Origin: Thalia democratica
Taxonomy: Eukaryota
Length of the DNA: 64,000 bases
Reading direction: 5' to 3'
Assembly (NCBI GenBank): GCA_965202585.1
Contig: OZ241829.1
Location: 18,228,001 to 18,292,000 of the forward strand
In this document: positions 25,851 through 39,000 of the stretch, in pieces
Layout of the letters: the number at the start of each line of letters is the position of its first letter
Numbering within the stretch: position 1 is the stretch's first letter
Position numbers and translations under genes: made by a program
Notes under the pieces: generated by a model
Seen by the model: only the letters and a program-made list of their open reading frames with translations
What the model was told of the DNA's origin: nothing
Databases searched by the model: none

Positions 25851-27003
25851 GTTTAAACACTTTTTGAAAATTTAATTGACACTTTACTAAAACGTCTAAA
25901 ACCTTATTTTAAATGCAAATGACTTGAAAATTTTTAAAGTACGTAAAGCAACTATTACGTCATTTTTAAAAATGAGACGAGCTTACTAATTTATTCATTA
26001 TATATTGTGGTAAATACCACATGTCTTGTATAAAAGTTTATAAGTTTGTGTATTTATGTATGATTGCTACCAAACGTTTAATCAAAAAGACCAAAGAAAG
26101 TAGGAAACATCAAAGAGGAAATACAAAGGTTGGTGCTTTATTGTATTTTAGACTTTTAAGAAAAGTTTATAAGCAAAATGTAATTTTATTCAAACTTAAA
26201 TAAAAAAAGATTTCTATATGGACAAACAATTTTGTGATTGTAAAATAAGGTTTATATTCTATGATATGATTAATATAAGTTGTTTGTTTTTGAAATTTTA
26301 GCGATAAAACTTGTATTGTTTGTAATATTTGTGCTATTAGTTTTCGAAATTCATAATTTTTTAATGAAACATATTATGATTATTAAGTTTAACACCTTTT
26401 CTTAGTTTTTGTATGATTATTTGATAATAAAATGAAGTTTAGAACTAAAGGTTTCTTTACATCTTAAACAATGTAGCTATTTATGTGGCATGATAATTAT
26501 AGTGAGATTAAATGATAAAACTGAATACTCTAAAATCATTTCTGCGACTTAATATTATTTAAGTTTGAGAAAATAATATGGAAAAAAGCTAACTAAATAA
26601 TAACTCAGCTTTTGATCTACTAGTAATTGCTAATTAATTAAAAGAATATTAAAGAAAAATATTAAAAAATCTAAAAATGTTTTATTGTTTTAGATTTAGT
26701 ACTTTTCATTAGACTGCTGATGGTTTAAGATGTGTTTAAACCAAACAATATAACCGCTAAAAATTATCTTAATTAAAACATTTAGTTTAAAAAGTTTATT
26801 TTTAAATACTGAAATTGAACTATAAAAGATCTTCATAAACTCTACAAAAAACTAATTAAAACTTCTTGTTTCTTAAAAACACTCTATCCTGTAAAATCGT
26901 AAGATTTATATGTTTACTTTTTTTTTACTTTTAAAGTATCTAACTAATCTAGGTGAAACTAAAACTGTCTGGAAAGTATCTTTTTTAACTTTGAATGAGG
27001 TAA

Positions 27004-27055
27004 ATGCAGTGCTCATCTTGTGGTATAATATCCATAGTTTGGCAAACTCTAATAA
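27004..27055 (+). CDS. Candidate first coding exon (MQCSSCGIISIVWQTLI)
   Basis: ATG plus 17 codons, ending at a phase-1 donor a|GTTAG compatible with CCP1. Conserved in the inverted copy with one synonymous change (CTA/TTA). Only weakly signal-peptide-like. Confidence 0.35.
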
Positions 27056-30000
27056 GTTAGTTTAATATTACTATAAGTTGTTGTTTAATGTGGTTTACGA
27101 AGTAAATAGAAAATATAATTACTTAAGATGATGTTTTTTATGCTACAGTAGCCTTAGTCAAATCAAAGTTTATATGCTTATTTTCATCTAGAATGTAAAA
27201 AAGTAGTTTTACATTTTAAATAAATATAGTTTTTGAATTTTAGATATGTTTAAAAACATATTTTAATATCACTAATACTTTAGTTTGCAGTGAACCACCA
27301 AAACTTAAAAACGGGCATTATACTGGTCCAAATGTGCCCACAAACGGGTCTACATATAAGTACGATTGTAATCAGGGCTACTACATCAACCAAAACTCTT
27401 CTGATTTGTTGAAATGTTTGGAAAACGGAACTTACGAATGGAATAAGGGATATCCGCCCGTTTGTTTAAAAATAAGTGAGTTTTAAAAACAATATGTGTA
27501 ATAAAAGTTGGTATTTGTTTAGTCTATGCCCTTATAAGTAAATTTACTATGTTATAAACTTAAAGTATGTTGTTTATAATGAACTGTTTTTTCAAGATTA
27601 AACCTTATAAATTGATGAACAAGCAAATATGTTTTATCAATTTTGTTTCTATATTTATTATTCATTCATAATTACAATTAAACATGCTTGTACTTTTGAA
27701 TTAACAGCCTGAATTATCCGAACTTTTTAAATCTAACTTTTTCGAATCTATTTTAAGTGGTATACTTTTTAAATAACTAAAATAAAGTTTTTTTTTTGTG
27801 CTTTACTTAAACAAGTTTGTACTATAAACATTTGTTTATAATTCTATCTAAGTCATTTAACACAAAAAGTTATTCGAATTTTAAAGAATAAAAATTATAA
27901 CTGTTTGTATTTTTTATTAAATGAGAAAAAATCAGTTATTTTGTTTGTTGTAATTAGTTCGTATTTAAACAATCAGTAATCTTTATTCAGAGTGTTTAAT
28001 AACTAAACATGCATTTTTTTCAACAAAGGTAAACTCGTAACATTTTATCAGATTCTTTTTAAAAGCTTTATTTATTTAATAGCTACGTTTGACCACAAAT
28101 ATAAAAATTTATCAAATTCATCCTATCCATCAGTTTTAAATTCATATAAATAACTCGTTTAATGATTTGCTTTAAACTAATTTTATGAACTAGTGATTAA
28201 AATACTTTTGATTTACAAAAGTAAACTTCTACTGTTAAATCAATTTGGTTTAAATCTTTTTATTGCTAATGTTGTAGTTTGAACTTTATTAAACAAAACA
28301 ATATCAATTGTTTTTTTTTCCAGAGTGTCAACAACCTCCTGAAGGGCTGAACATGAGGTTAATAGCTGATCAAGGTTTAAGTAAAGGGGAATTTTTTGAA
28401 GGCGCGAAAGTCAGGTACATGTGCGACGGAGGTTTTAGTTTTAGCGACATCAACCCAGCTGTGCTGTCGTGTGAAAGTAACAGTCAATGGAGTGAATTTG
28501 ATTTTGAATGCAAAAAAAGTAAGCATGCATTGTTTGTTTTTAAATTAAACATATAATAATGCTTAATATTTGGAATTAAATTATTTATTTTTCTATTTAT
28601 ATATTCTGTTATGCTTAATTAAGAAAAATTTTCTTGTGGTGCACAGTTTCTAAAATAAATCTAACTTATGCATATTAGTATTATTAAGAAACAATTTTTT
28701 TAGCATATCTGGTAAACACCATAGAAAATTTGTTTTTTAACCGGTTAAATATGTCGTTATAACTACATCTCAGTATTTGCAACTTGTTTAACTTGAATTA
28801 TTATCAGATAAAAATTAATCAGTTTAACACTTATATTAAGAAAATGTAACCTTTAGCTATGTAGTCGTTTCTATTATAACTCTTTAAAGTTTTATTTTAG
28901 TTTTAGTTTTTATCTTTAAAGGTATACTTTTATACTAAAACGTTTAAACACAAAAGTTTCCGAAAAATCATAATAAAATTTATAGAGTGAAAACTTATCC
29001 AGTTATTTCTACGGTCCACATATAAAACTAATTTATTCGTACTATAAACTCGGTTAAAATTTTAATTGCATAGTTTATGTTCGTAAAGATAAAATATCCG
29101 TTTAACTGTACAAAGCTTTGATTCTTTGCTTTAATTAAATGATGCTAAATTTTACTTCTAAAACGTAATTTGATTGCTAAACTTGTTTCATTAAAATATT
29201 GCAGGATGTCCAACACTCCAAAAGGTGCAGGACGGAAAGTTACACTCTGTCAACCAAGCTCGTGCTAATTTCTATCTGAGTAATGACGTTTTTAGTTATG
29301 CTTGTGATGAAGGTTACAAGTTTCACAAGGGAAGTTCTGATGACTACATATACAAGTGTCTAGAAGACGGATCGTACAACAACACAAATGTTCCTATTTG
29401 CATCACAAGTAATAAAAAAAAAAAATTAATTTGTAATAATTTCAAATAATCGCCTCTTGTGTTAAGCTAATTTTTAAGAAAAGTTTGCCGTTTTTAGTAA
29501 TACCCGGTATACTTTAAGATTGAATTTTAGTTGCCTACAGTTGGTTTGAGTAAACGATAAAGTATATATGTTATAAAATGAAATAACAAACCGATAGATT
29601 GCATCAGTCCACCCGAAGGTGATTCAGTCTACTGGAATATATCATTCAGCCACATAGATGGTGAAATGTGGACTGGAACCCAAGTAGTTTACGCTTGCAG
29701 CAACGCTTCGTTCACTCCCAAATGGAACGAACCTGAAAAGCTGACTTGCGGCAGAAACGGACTTTGGGATCATGATTTCGCTCCTACTTGTGTTCCGGGT
29801 TAAAATTGAATAAATAAATATATAAGAAAAAAACATATCTGTTAATATCAAAACTGGTTTAGCACTGCAGTTTTATTTTGTTTTGATCTCTTAGTTTCGT
29901 TAGTCCGTCTTATTATAAATATTTAATACTTATTTTGCTGAATTGTTTATTAGTTTTCAATAAAAAAATTTTAAGAAATTTTTTAATGCTACGAAAAACT

Positions 30001-33000
30001 TGTTTTATTTAGTAGCTATATATAGTTATGGTCTTAACTAAAAAAGATTGCTTGATTTACTGAATGTATAGAACTTATTTAAATAAAAATTTTCAAATCA
30101 AAATGTGCAACTTTGTTATGCCCAGTTTACTATTTTATTATACTTGAAAAGGTCGTATTTTTTTGCCACCTAAACCTGGTAGTAAATAAAATGATTAATT
30201 TACACATTTTTTTTATTCATGTAGCTATATTTAAAAATAAATGACTTTGAAAAGTTTGTTTTACAACGAACTTTATACTTACAACTATTTATACAGCTTT
30301 TTTGTTAAATTATGTTAATTTTTTCGTATTTTAGCTTGCGAAAATCCTCCTTTCGTAGAAAACTCGAACATCAGGACAATAGACCTTAAAACATCAGATA
30401 GTGGGGTTGTAGAATTGTATGTTGTTGAGTATTCTTGCAAACCCGGCTATTATCTGAGAAATGAATCTGCTGTTGTTCGATCTGAGTGCGGCAACAGACA
30501 TTCCTCATGGTCACTTAATGATCCGATCTTTTGCATAAAAGGTAGATAAATAAGTTCACATTATAAAAAGTTTATCTTTTAGCTCATCTTTACAGATGTA
30601 TTTTTAAGTGTTTGATAATAAACTACTTCATTTAGTTTGAGATTTAGATATAAAAAGCTATGATGATAAACTGGAATAATTCTAAAACTTGGTTTTAAAG
30701 TTTTAAATAGTAAATAAGTGTTTAAATATTAAGCAGAGAATTACTAAAGAATAAAAAAAATAATTTTTTTTTTATCTAATGGAATTTTACTGGCATTTTA
30801 AAACAATTTTCGTAAGTATATAGTATTTATTTCTCTCTATATATGTAAAACTTTAAGAGTGTGATGATATTCCAACTGTTGAAAAAACCAAATCAAATAA
30901 AACTACAAACACAAACGAAAGAAACGGCATTCTTCTAAATAGTACTTCTGTTGAGTACGTTTGCAAGGATAATTACGTACAAAACGCAACAGTTTCAACT
31001 TGTGGTGTTGATGGTAAATGGTATCCAGTCATAGAGTGCTATCCTGGTAAGAATTTTTACGATAAGTAGTAGTTAAAATATAAAAGGTAATTGTTCTATA
31101 ACATAAAATCTTTATTTATTTTCTAAACAAACTAAAAAAGTTGTTTTAATTAAAAGAATGCGGTCCTTCACCAAATATACAAAACGCATTGAAAACTGTC
31201 AATGAAGAGTTTGAAGTTGATCTTGAAACAAAAGTTGAGCTCAATGTGTCTTATATTTGTCGAGAGCCTTACTACTTAGTTCCTGAAAACGCCAAAACCA
31301 CTTATAATTGCATCAATGGAGGGACTTGGACTTACAAGGAAATTAGCTGCTTGCATAGTAAGATATATATTTTTTGGTTGTATTATTAATCCTTTACATT
31401 GATTTTGTTTCAGAGTGCACCGAGATAGTACCAACTGGAGGTCTGCTTATAAATTCTAGCAGCGAAACTCATTATGGCGGTAAGCTCTTCAGCGGAGCGA
31501 CTGTCGAGTTTAGCTGCGTTGAAAATTATATTCTCAGCGACTCGACAAATTTGGTTGCTGAATGCTTACAAAACGGCGAGTGGAGCATTTCTACTCCTTT
31601 TTGTGTCAAAGGTTGGTTGAAGCGCTATTAGTGACAAAATTAAAGCTTTTAATTAAACGTAGAATAGTTAATCTACGCAGGTAAAATAAGTTGTTACATA
31701 GAAAAAATAGTTGCCGTATTTGTTATCTTGGTTTATTTTTTTCAGCCCTATCACAGCTTTAGTTTAATAATTTATATATAAACTATGTGCATTGACTTTA
31801 GTTTAAAGCTTATTTCCACCTAAGTGTTAAAGTTAGTAATTTCAAATGGCCTCAAAAGGTTTTTGTAATTAATACTGTTTTAATTCCTTTTTAACCTTAT
31901 AAAATGAGTATACGCCAAGTCCATTATGTAGATTGTGGCACACCTAAGCCCATCGAAAATGGAAAGTTCAAAACGACTTTGTATGAAAATGTCATTGTGT
32001 CCTACTCTGGATCGTCGTTTGAAATAGAAATTCCACATCAAGTTTTGTACTCTTGCAATGAAGGTTTCAGCAAACCATCTGAACTGCCGGCTGAATTGAA
32101 TTGCAATGAAAAAACTGGAAAATTTGAGCCGTCATATCCTGTTTGTTTAAAAAGTTGGTAGTTTGTTGAAAGTTTATTAAGTTGGTTTTAGTCTTAATAA
32201 AATATTGCGCTAGTGTTTTATAGTCCATGAATCAGTTATTTAAAAATTTCATTAATTTAATAACGAATATTACCTTATGCACCCTACTTAAAAGTAAACA
32301 ATTTTTTTTGTTTAGTTTTTCTAATTAGATTTTAAGCAAAAGCATAAAATCTTTTTACATAAGGTATTTATAAATGCAAACAAAAACTAAACTTTAGTTT
32401 GTTAGAACTACTGATAAGACCCAAATTATTTCACACTGATAAACTTTTTTTTCATACATTTTGTAACTAAAAAAAAGTCAGGATTTAATGAGTACTAAAT
32501 TTGCTAAAAGTTAAATCTACTTTTCTTGAGCTAAAAACTTTGCTTTCCAGAATGTCCGTCTCCACCAGAAGGTTCACTATCAACAATGACAGTAGACTAC
32601 AGTTACCAAGCAGGCGTGTTTTGGAGCGGTACTAAGGTTACTTACACTTGTGTTGAAGGATACTCTTTAAAGTACAATCAACCTGAAGTTCTTACCTGCA
32701 GGAAAGATGGCACCTGGAGTCACGAAACCGGTCCTAAATGCGGACAAAGTAAGTTTATATTCAGGTTGCTTTTTTTTAAATTTTTCAATAAAGGTTGAAA
32801 TTCTATCAACACAAAAGTGGAAATTATTTTACTTTCAAAAGAACTTTTAAATATCTGTTAACGTTATTAAGCGTTGCAGAATAGTTTATTAAAATTCAAT
32901 AAACAAAAGTTTACTAAAGTATATCTACTTAAAATCTCAATAAATTAAACTAACAGAATGTCCTAGATTTAATATGACAACTGGTTTACAAATGGCACCA

Positions 33001-36000
33001 ACTAGTGTTTATGATGAACTTTTCGTAACTGACTTTGTTTTGTACATGTCTTGTGAAGAGGGGTATGCGATTGATGATCCTCAACTTTCAGCAATTAGGT
33101 GCAACGAAGACGGAGATTGGAACTCAACTTTTCCGACTTGCTTGAAAAGTTTATTTCTTAATAATCATGACTTTCATTTTATTGATTTTTCTTACTTTTC
33201 AACTTATACATACTAAGTAATAAATATAAAGTGTCAAGAATCTAGATAAATTTTTTGACCTGTTACAATTGAGTATTTCGTGTAACAAAGTGATTTTATT
33301 ATTTTTATAGAATGTCCAGCACTCGATGAAATACCAGACGGGGAACTTATTGTTGTTATCCAAACTCGTGCTGACTTGTATGTGCAATCTGACACATCCA
33401 AATTCGTTTGTGATGAAGGATTCCAATTCCACACTGGCATGGCAGATAATTATGCCTTAGAATGTTTAAAAAATGGGTTATATAACAATTCTGTCGTGCC
33501 TATTTGCATTAAAGGTTTTTTTTTTCAAATACAGTATTTAAAGAAGTTTATGCACTTCTTTTTAAGTTAAAACCTAAAATTTTAAGTCTGAAATTTTAAA
33601 TAAATTTTAAGTTCTATCATTACGTTTTAAATAAAAAAACATAAAACATTATACACCATAGTGTTATTTTAAATTTCGTTTGTCTTTTTTTTTATAACAT
33701 GTTATATTATAATTAAGTATATGTTATATTTTTTTAACTGTTCTTTTTATTTAACCTTTTTTTCTTTAATTATAAATCAGAGTGCGATGTTCTTCCCAAA
33801 AACAACCAAACTCGTTGGAACATCACGTTCAGTCACAGAAAAGGGGAGTTTTGGACCGACACCCGGGTGACCTACGCTTGCACCTCCGCTGCGCACAAAC
33901 TGGCGCTGGGCGAAATTGGAGCAACGACTTGTGGCAGAGATGGCAGCTGGGACGTGGATCGCGCTCCACGTTGTGTTCCGGGTGAGTGGTATTAGTTTAA
34001 GATGTAAGAACCATGTTAAAAACTTAATACTATAGCTTTACAGTATCAAGAAGTTTTACGAGTTAAAGAAGGTGAGAAAAATCTAACTTAAATATGTAAA
34101 TTTCAAAACATATAAAAATAAAGGAGTAGGTCTAACAGTTATTTATAAATTTTTAAAACACTAAAGATTCTTATTTCCTATGTTATTAAAAAACTAGAGC
34201 TTAATGCCAAGTTAACTCCGAACTTAAGCCAAGTTTTTATTTTAAGCAAAATCTTTTTTAAGCTTGTGACCAGCCTCCTTTAATTGAAAACTCCAAATAC
34301 GACACGCTTGAGCTCAATGTTTCCGCTACTGAAGATGTGGTACGCCATGTTGTTGAATTCGAGTGTATTGAGGGGTATCATCTCAGCGATGAGACTGCCA
34401 ACATGAGGTTTGAGTGCAACTTGGGCGAACTATGGACCCCTAAAGAGCTGCCTACCTGTATAAAAGGTATAAATAGTTATAACTTGCAGCAAACTCTGTC
34501 ATTTGTTAAGGCCAAAGTGTTAAGATTTTTAGTTTTTGATTTTATGATAAGGCTTAAAGACATTAAAATACTACATTTACTACTTTGGTTATTAAAAATC
34601 AGTACTACATAAAATCGATGGATACATCTGCTGCAGCTAACTTCCGTTTTAAAATTACAATAAAATTCCTTTTTATGCAGAATGCGGTGTAATTAGAAAC
34701 TATGATCCATCAGGAAGATTCACCTTCCTCTACTCATTTATCAATGAGAACAAAAGAGACGGTGTGTATTTAGCAGGAACCGCAATAGAATACTGGTGTA
34801 ACGAGGGTTACGATCAGAGCAACTACGAATCTGCCTGCAGTGTCGATGGAGTTTGGGATCCGCCCATACAATGCTTTACTAGTAAATATAATTTTTACAA
34901 GTCAAAAACTTTTTTAGTTACGATAGTTTAAAAGTTTCAAAAATCAGCATTAAATTTTATAAAAGTTTTTACTCATTTTTATTATTAATTTTTCTGCTTG
35001 TATTGATAACTGAATAAAATAGAGAGATATTTATAAACTTTTTTATAGGTTGTGGTCGTTCGCCAAACGTACCTAACGCAGATAAAAATGTACATAAAAC
35101 GAACAGAGTAGATGAGAATTTAGAAATAGAGCTAAAAGTTTCCTACACTTGCATAGAACCGTTTAAAACAACACCAGCGTCTGCAAGTACCGATTACAAT
35201 TGTTTAGAAGGCGGTTCTTGGGTTGGTGATGAGTTTAATTGTGTGAAAGGTTAGTTTTTATGATACAAAAAAGTAGTAGAACGCACAGCTTTGCTTGAAA
35301 AGTGTAGTCGTTGTATAAAAATTAATAAAATTTTGGTAGGGTTTAAGCTCATAAAAGCTAAAAAACTGATAGGCTTTATTAAAAAGATAATAAATTATTT
35401 AAATTAGTAACGTTAATATTTGTCAAAGAGTGATACACGAAAACATCGGTGAAAATCATCAGAGGCAAATGCTGGATTTTTATATACAAAGCTTACGAAT
35501 AAGCTTAACTTAACGACATGAATTGATCATACCCTTTGTACTTGTAGACCACAAGCTGTTTGACAATAAACTTGAATTGCGACTGACTGATGATTATAAG
35601 TATGAACGAGACTTAGGTCTCGGTCTATTGAGAGCTTGTGGTCTGTGATTGTCTTAGTGATAAAATAAAAATTTCATTTTAACTTGAGTTTGTTAAACAG
35701 CGTGCAATTAAATTTCGTGTGGTTAACTATAGACCAGGGTTTCCCAAAGTGGGCCAAGTGGCCCCCTTGGGGGCCATGACACATACTCAGGGAGCCACGA
35801 GCAGCAAAGGGGTAAAAGGGGGGCCATGAGCAGTAAAGGAGCCACAGGGGCGCCATGAGTTCATAATTTGAAACTTACACTAGATATTCTTGAGTTGCAG
35901 ATAAAGAGCAAAAGGGGCCATGGCTTTTTCAATTTCTTTAAAGGGGGCGATTTACAAAAAAGTTTGAAAAACCCTGCTATAGACGAACTTATTCTTTCGA

Positions 36001-39000
36001 ATTAAAAATATGTCTTTTGTAAAAAATCTTTTTTCTGAAGCGAAAATGGTTAAGTTTTTAAAGTAAAAATTTGTTATAATTATACTATCATAAATTCAAT
36101 AAATTTTATTAGTTATCCCACGTAAAAGTAGGTCGTGGAAACTATTTTTGATTCAATTTTGTAAGTAGATTTCATTTTCCTTATTAAATAGAAAAATATT
36201 TACAGCTGCAAAAACAAACAATATTGTGCTTTATAAAAACTTAACTAAATTTTCAGAGTGCAAGGAAATTGAAGCAACCGAAGCGTTAAATGTAAATTTA
36301 GTATCAGGAGGTAACAAAATAAGCAATGGTGCAGTTATAAAATTTAGCTGCAATGAAAACTACGTCCTCAAAGATTCAACAAAACTGTTTGCCAAGTGCT
36401 CAGACAATGGAGATTGGAATGTAACTGCTAACAGCTGTGTTAAAAGTAAATGTTTCGTAAATGATAAATAAATAGTATTGTGACGATCGCTCGGCTCTTC
36501 GGTACTTTGCCTAGACGGAGCAGGCGGTCGAGACTTCTCTGTTTCGCTAACAACGGGATCAGGCGCGTTGGCTGACTCAGAGCGAGTAGTCATTTTGACC
36601 AATTTCTTTGCAACTTGTTTTGAATTCATGTCGCGCTACTTATCGATTAATATACCGCGAATAAATGGTCAAGTAGTATAAGCTAAAACAACAAAAATGT
36701 ATAAACACAATTATTTATTAAAAGAACTCACAACGTAAAATATAAAACACCAATAATACTTTATAATCGTAAGTAAATGAACACAAGTATAATATAAGAC
36801 TAAAACTAGCAAAAAGTAAAACACTGACTTTTATTCTGTATCGTCTATGCGATCAAGAAGCGCACGCGATAAAAAGCGACGTAATCGTTCATGCGTAGTA
36901 TATATAGTGCTTTAACAACCCCTTTTTCCCAATTCTCTCAATTTATAACAGAGCATGTCTGTTAGACTGCTACACTCCGTCTAGCCCGAAGAAGAAATGA
37001 CTGTGGAGGCTTAGGGATTTTAATAACGCATTTTCCGAGCGCTCCCCTTCCCCCACTCCAGTCATTTTTTTGAATTAAATGAGAGTATGGAAGTTGTAAG
37101 GATGTTATTATCACTTATACCACGAAATTCGATTACATGCAATACTAAACAAGTTTAATACACAAAGCATAAAGCTTAAAATAACGTTGATGTAGTGTTT
37201 ACTTGTAATGTAAGCTAAAAAAAATTGTTTTGAAAAAAAATTAAAGCTATAAGCATGAAAAATTAAAAACACGAAGGAATAAAATCTTAAAGCTTACGGT
37301 TCCTTCTGTTAAAAACGTACCAATAACATGTTAGTATTGTAAAGCATGCACTTATTTAAAACTTGACATTGCAAATTAACAAATTAAAAAAGTAGCAGTT
37401 AACAATGTAAAACTAATACTTGTAACAACACACATAAAAATTTACTTTTCGTGTATAATTTCTATTTTATTTTTAAAGTATTATAACTAATTTTTTTTTT
37501 ACATATACAATAAAAATGAATGGTACATACTAATTACTTGAAAAAAGTAATAGAAATAAAAAAATTTAAAACTTATTTAAAAAATTTGTTAAGTATATAC
37601 AAACCCTAAATGTTATACAATTTGTTTGTACTCGGCAACTTGAGTCAGTTTTAAAGTTCTGCAGCCAAATCTTTTTTCTTTCCACTTCTCATCAAGACAA
37701 AACGAGTGGTGCTTGCTATGAATATCACAGTTGTAATGAACCAACCGGATGCAAAAACAACAAGGAATTTCCACTGAATGGTTGTAAATGTTAGCAAGGT
37801 CTTATCTACATCGTGATCCTCGTGGAAAAATGACGTATCAGCGATTTCTAGTGTTTTCTCACGTTCAAGAGTATTGAGTAAACATGCAAATCTCCATTTG
37901 CTAGCTAAACAAGATTTGTTGTGACAACTGAGTTCTTCAAACGAAGGCTGAAAGTGTTTCTTCATGGTGCTATTTTTAACGATTTTAAAATATGCTAATT
38001 GAAAGTTAACCGTTTTAATCTTTAACGTCACTAGCCACCGAAACGTTGGCTTAAATCTGTTCGTTGTGGCAAATGTCGAATTACTTACTGCGACTAAATT
38101 TCCTTCTTTGCTTCGTTTGAAACTTGCCGCACGTTTGCATGACTCTGTGTCAACGGTGGTTCTGAATGTTTGAAGCCTGACACATTCTTTTTGACCAAAA
38201 AAGAATTTTGAACATTTGTGTACAGAAGTTTCAAGACAGCATGCGAGGGCTATAACTTCTCCATGAGCTTTGGGTGTTTTCAAACCAAACTCAATCGGGT
38301 TACGTTTAGAGTTTTTATCTTCTGGGATTTTGCGTAAAAGAAGATTAGTCTCATTTGCAGTACAAATAGGTAACACAATGTTCTTAACCTTAAGTTCTGC
38401 TTTCACACATAAAAGCGATACCAACAATAGAAGAAAATGTATGATTTTCATTTTACTTTCCAACTAAACAATTTGAAATAGTTATAGCAAGCGTTCCAGT
38501 GGATATATATAGGCAACAGAAGAAAAAAGAATAGATAAGAGAGAACGGGAGTAGTGTTGATTGTGACGTCAAGACTTCCAACCATTATGATTGTTTATTT
38601 ATAATCATATAAAAAGAAAAAAATGTTAAATATAGCATAAACATTATAATAGTTTAATAAAAATAGTCAAGTTTATTAACTAAACATTGTATTTATAATG
38701 ACATTTACTATTATATCGTTTAACGTAAAATATGAAGTAAGCATTAATGTCAAACAATAACTGAAAGAATGCTTCAACCGGCCGATACAATTTTTTGTTT
38801 GAAAAGTTAAATCGTAGTCTTATTGTTTTTGAAATAACTTCAGTTTTACCTTTTTAGTAGTTATCTAAATATCACAACAATAATAAGCTTTCAATTTGCT
38901 TAACGAGGTATAATATTTATTTAACAATAGCAACAATCATTGCTACAAGTCGCAAAAAACCGTTAAAGTCGTTAAAGTCGTTAAGGTCGTTAACAATAGC

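Larger units (their letters stand above)
18169..29153 (+). repeat. Right arm of large inverted duplication
   Basis: Reverse complement of 1-11062 with arm-specific indels. Confidence 0.95.

Noticed and set aside
33199-33440. Antisense or alternative-frame ORFs over CCP exons (also 29642-29851, 33782-33985, 56227-56478, 60957-61240)
   Set aside because: Shadow ORFs of GC-richer exons; the CCP or ILEI frame with splice sites explains them.
35674-35856. 60-aa - strand ORF
   Set aside because: Lies over the GC-rich hAT MITE.
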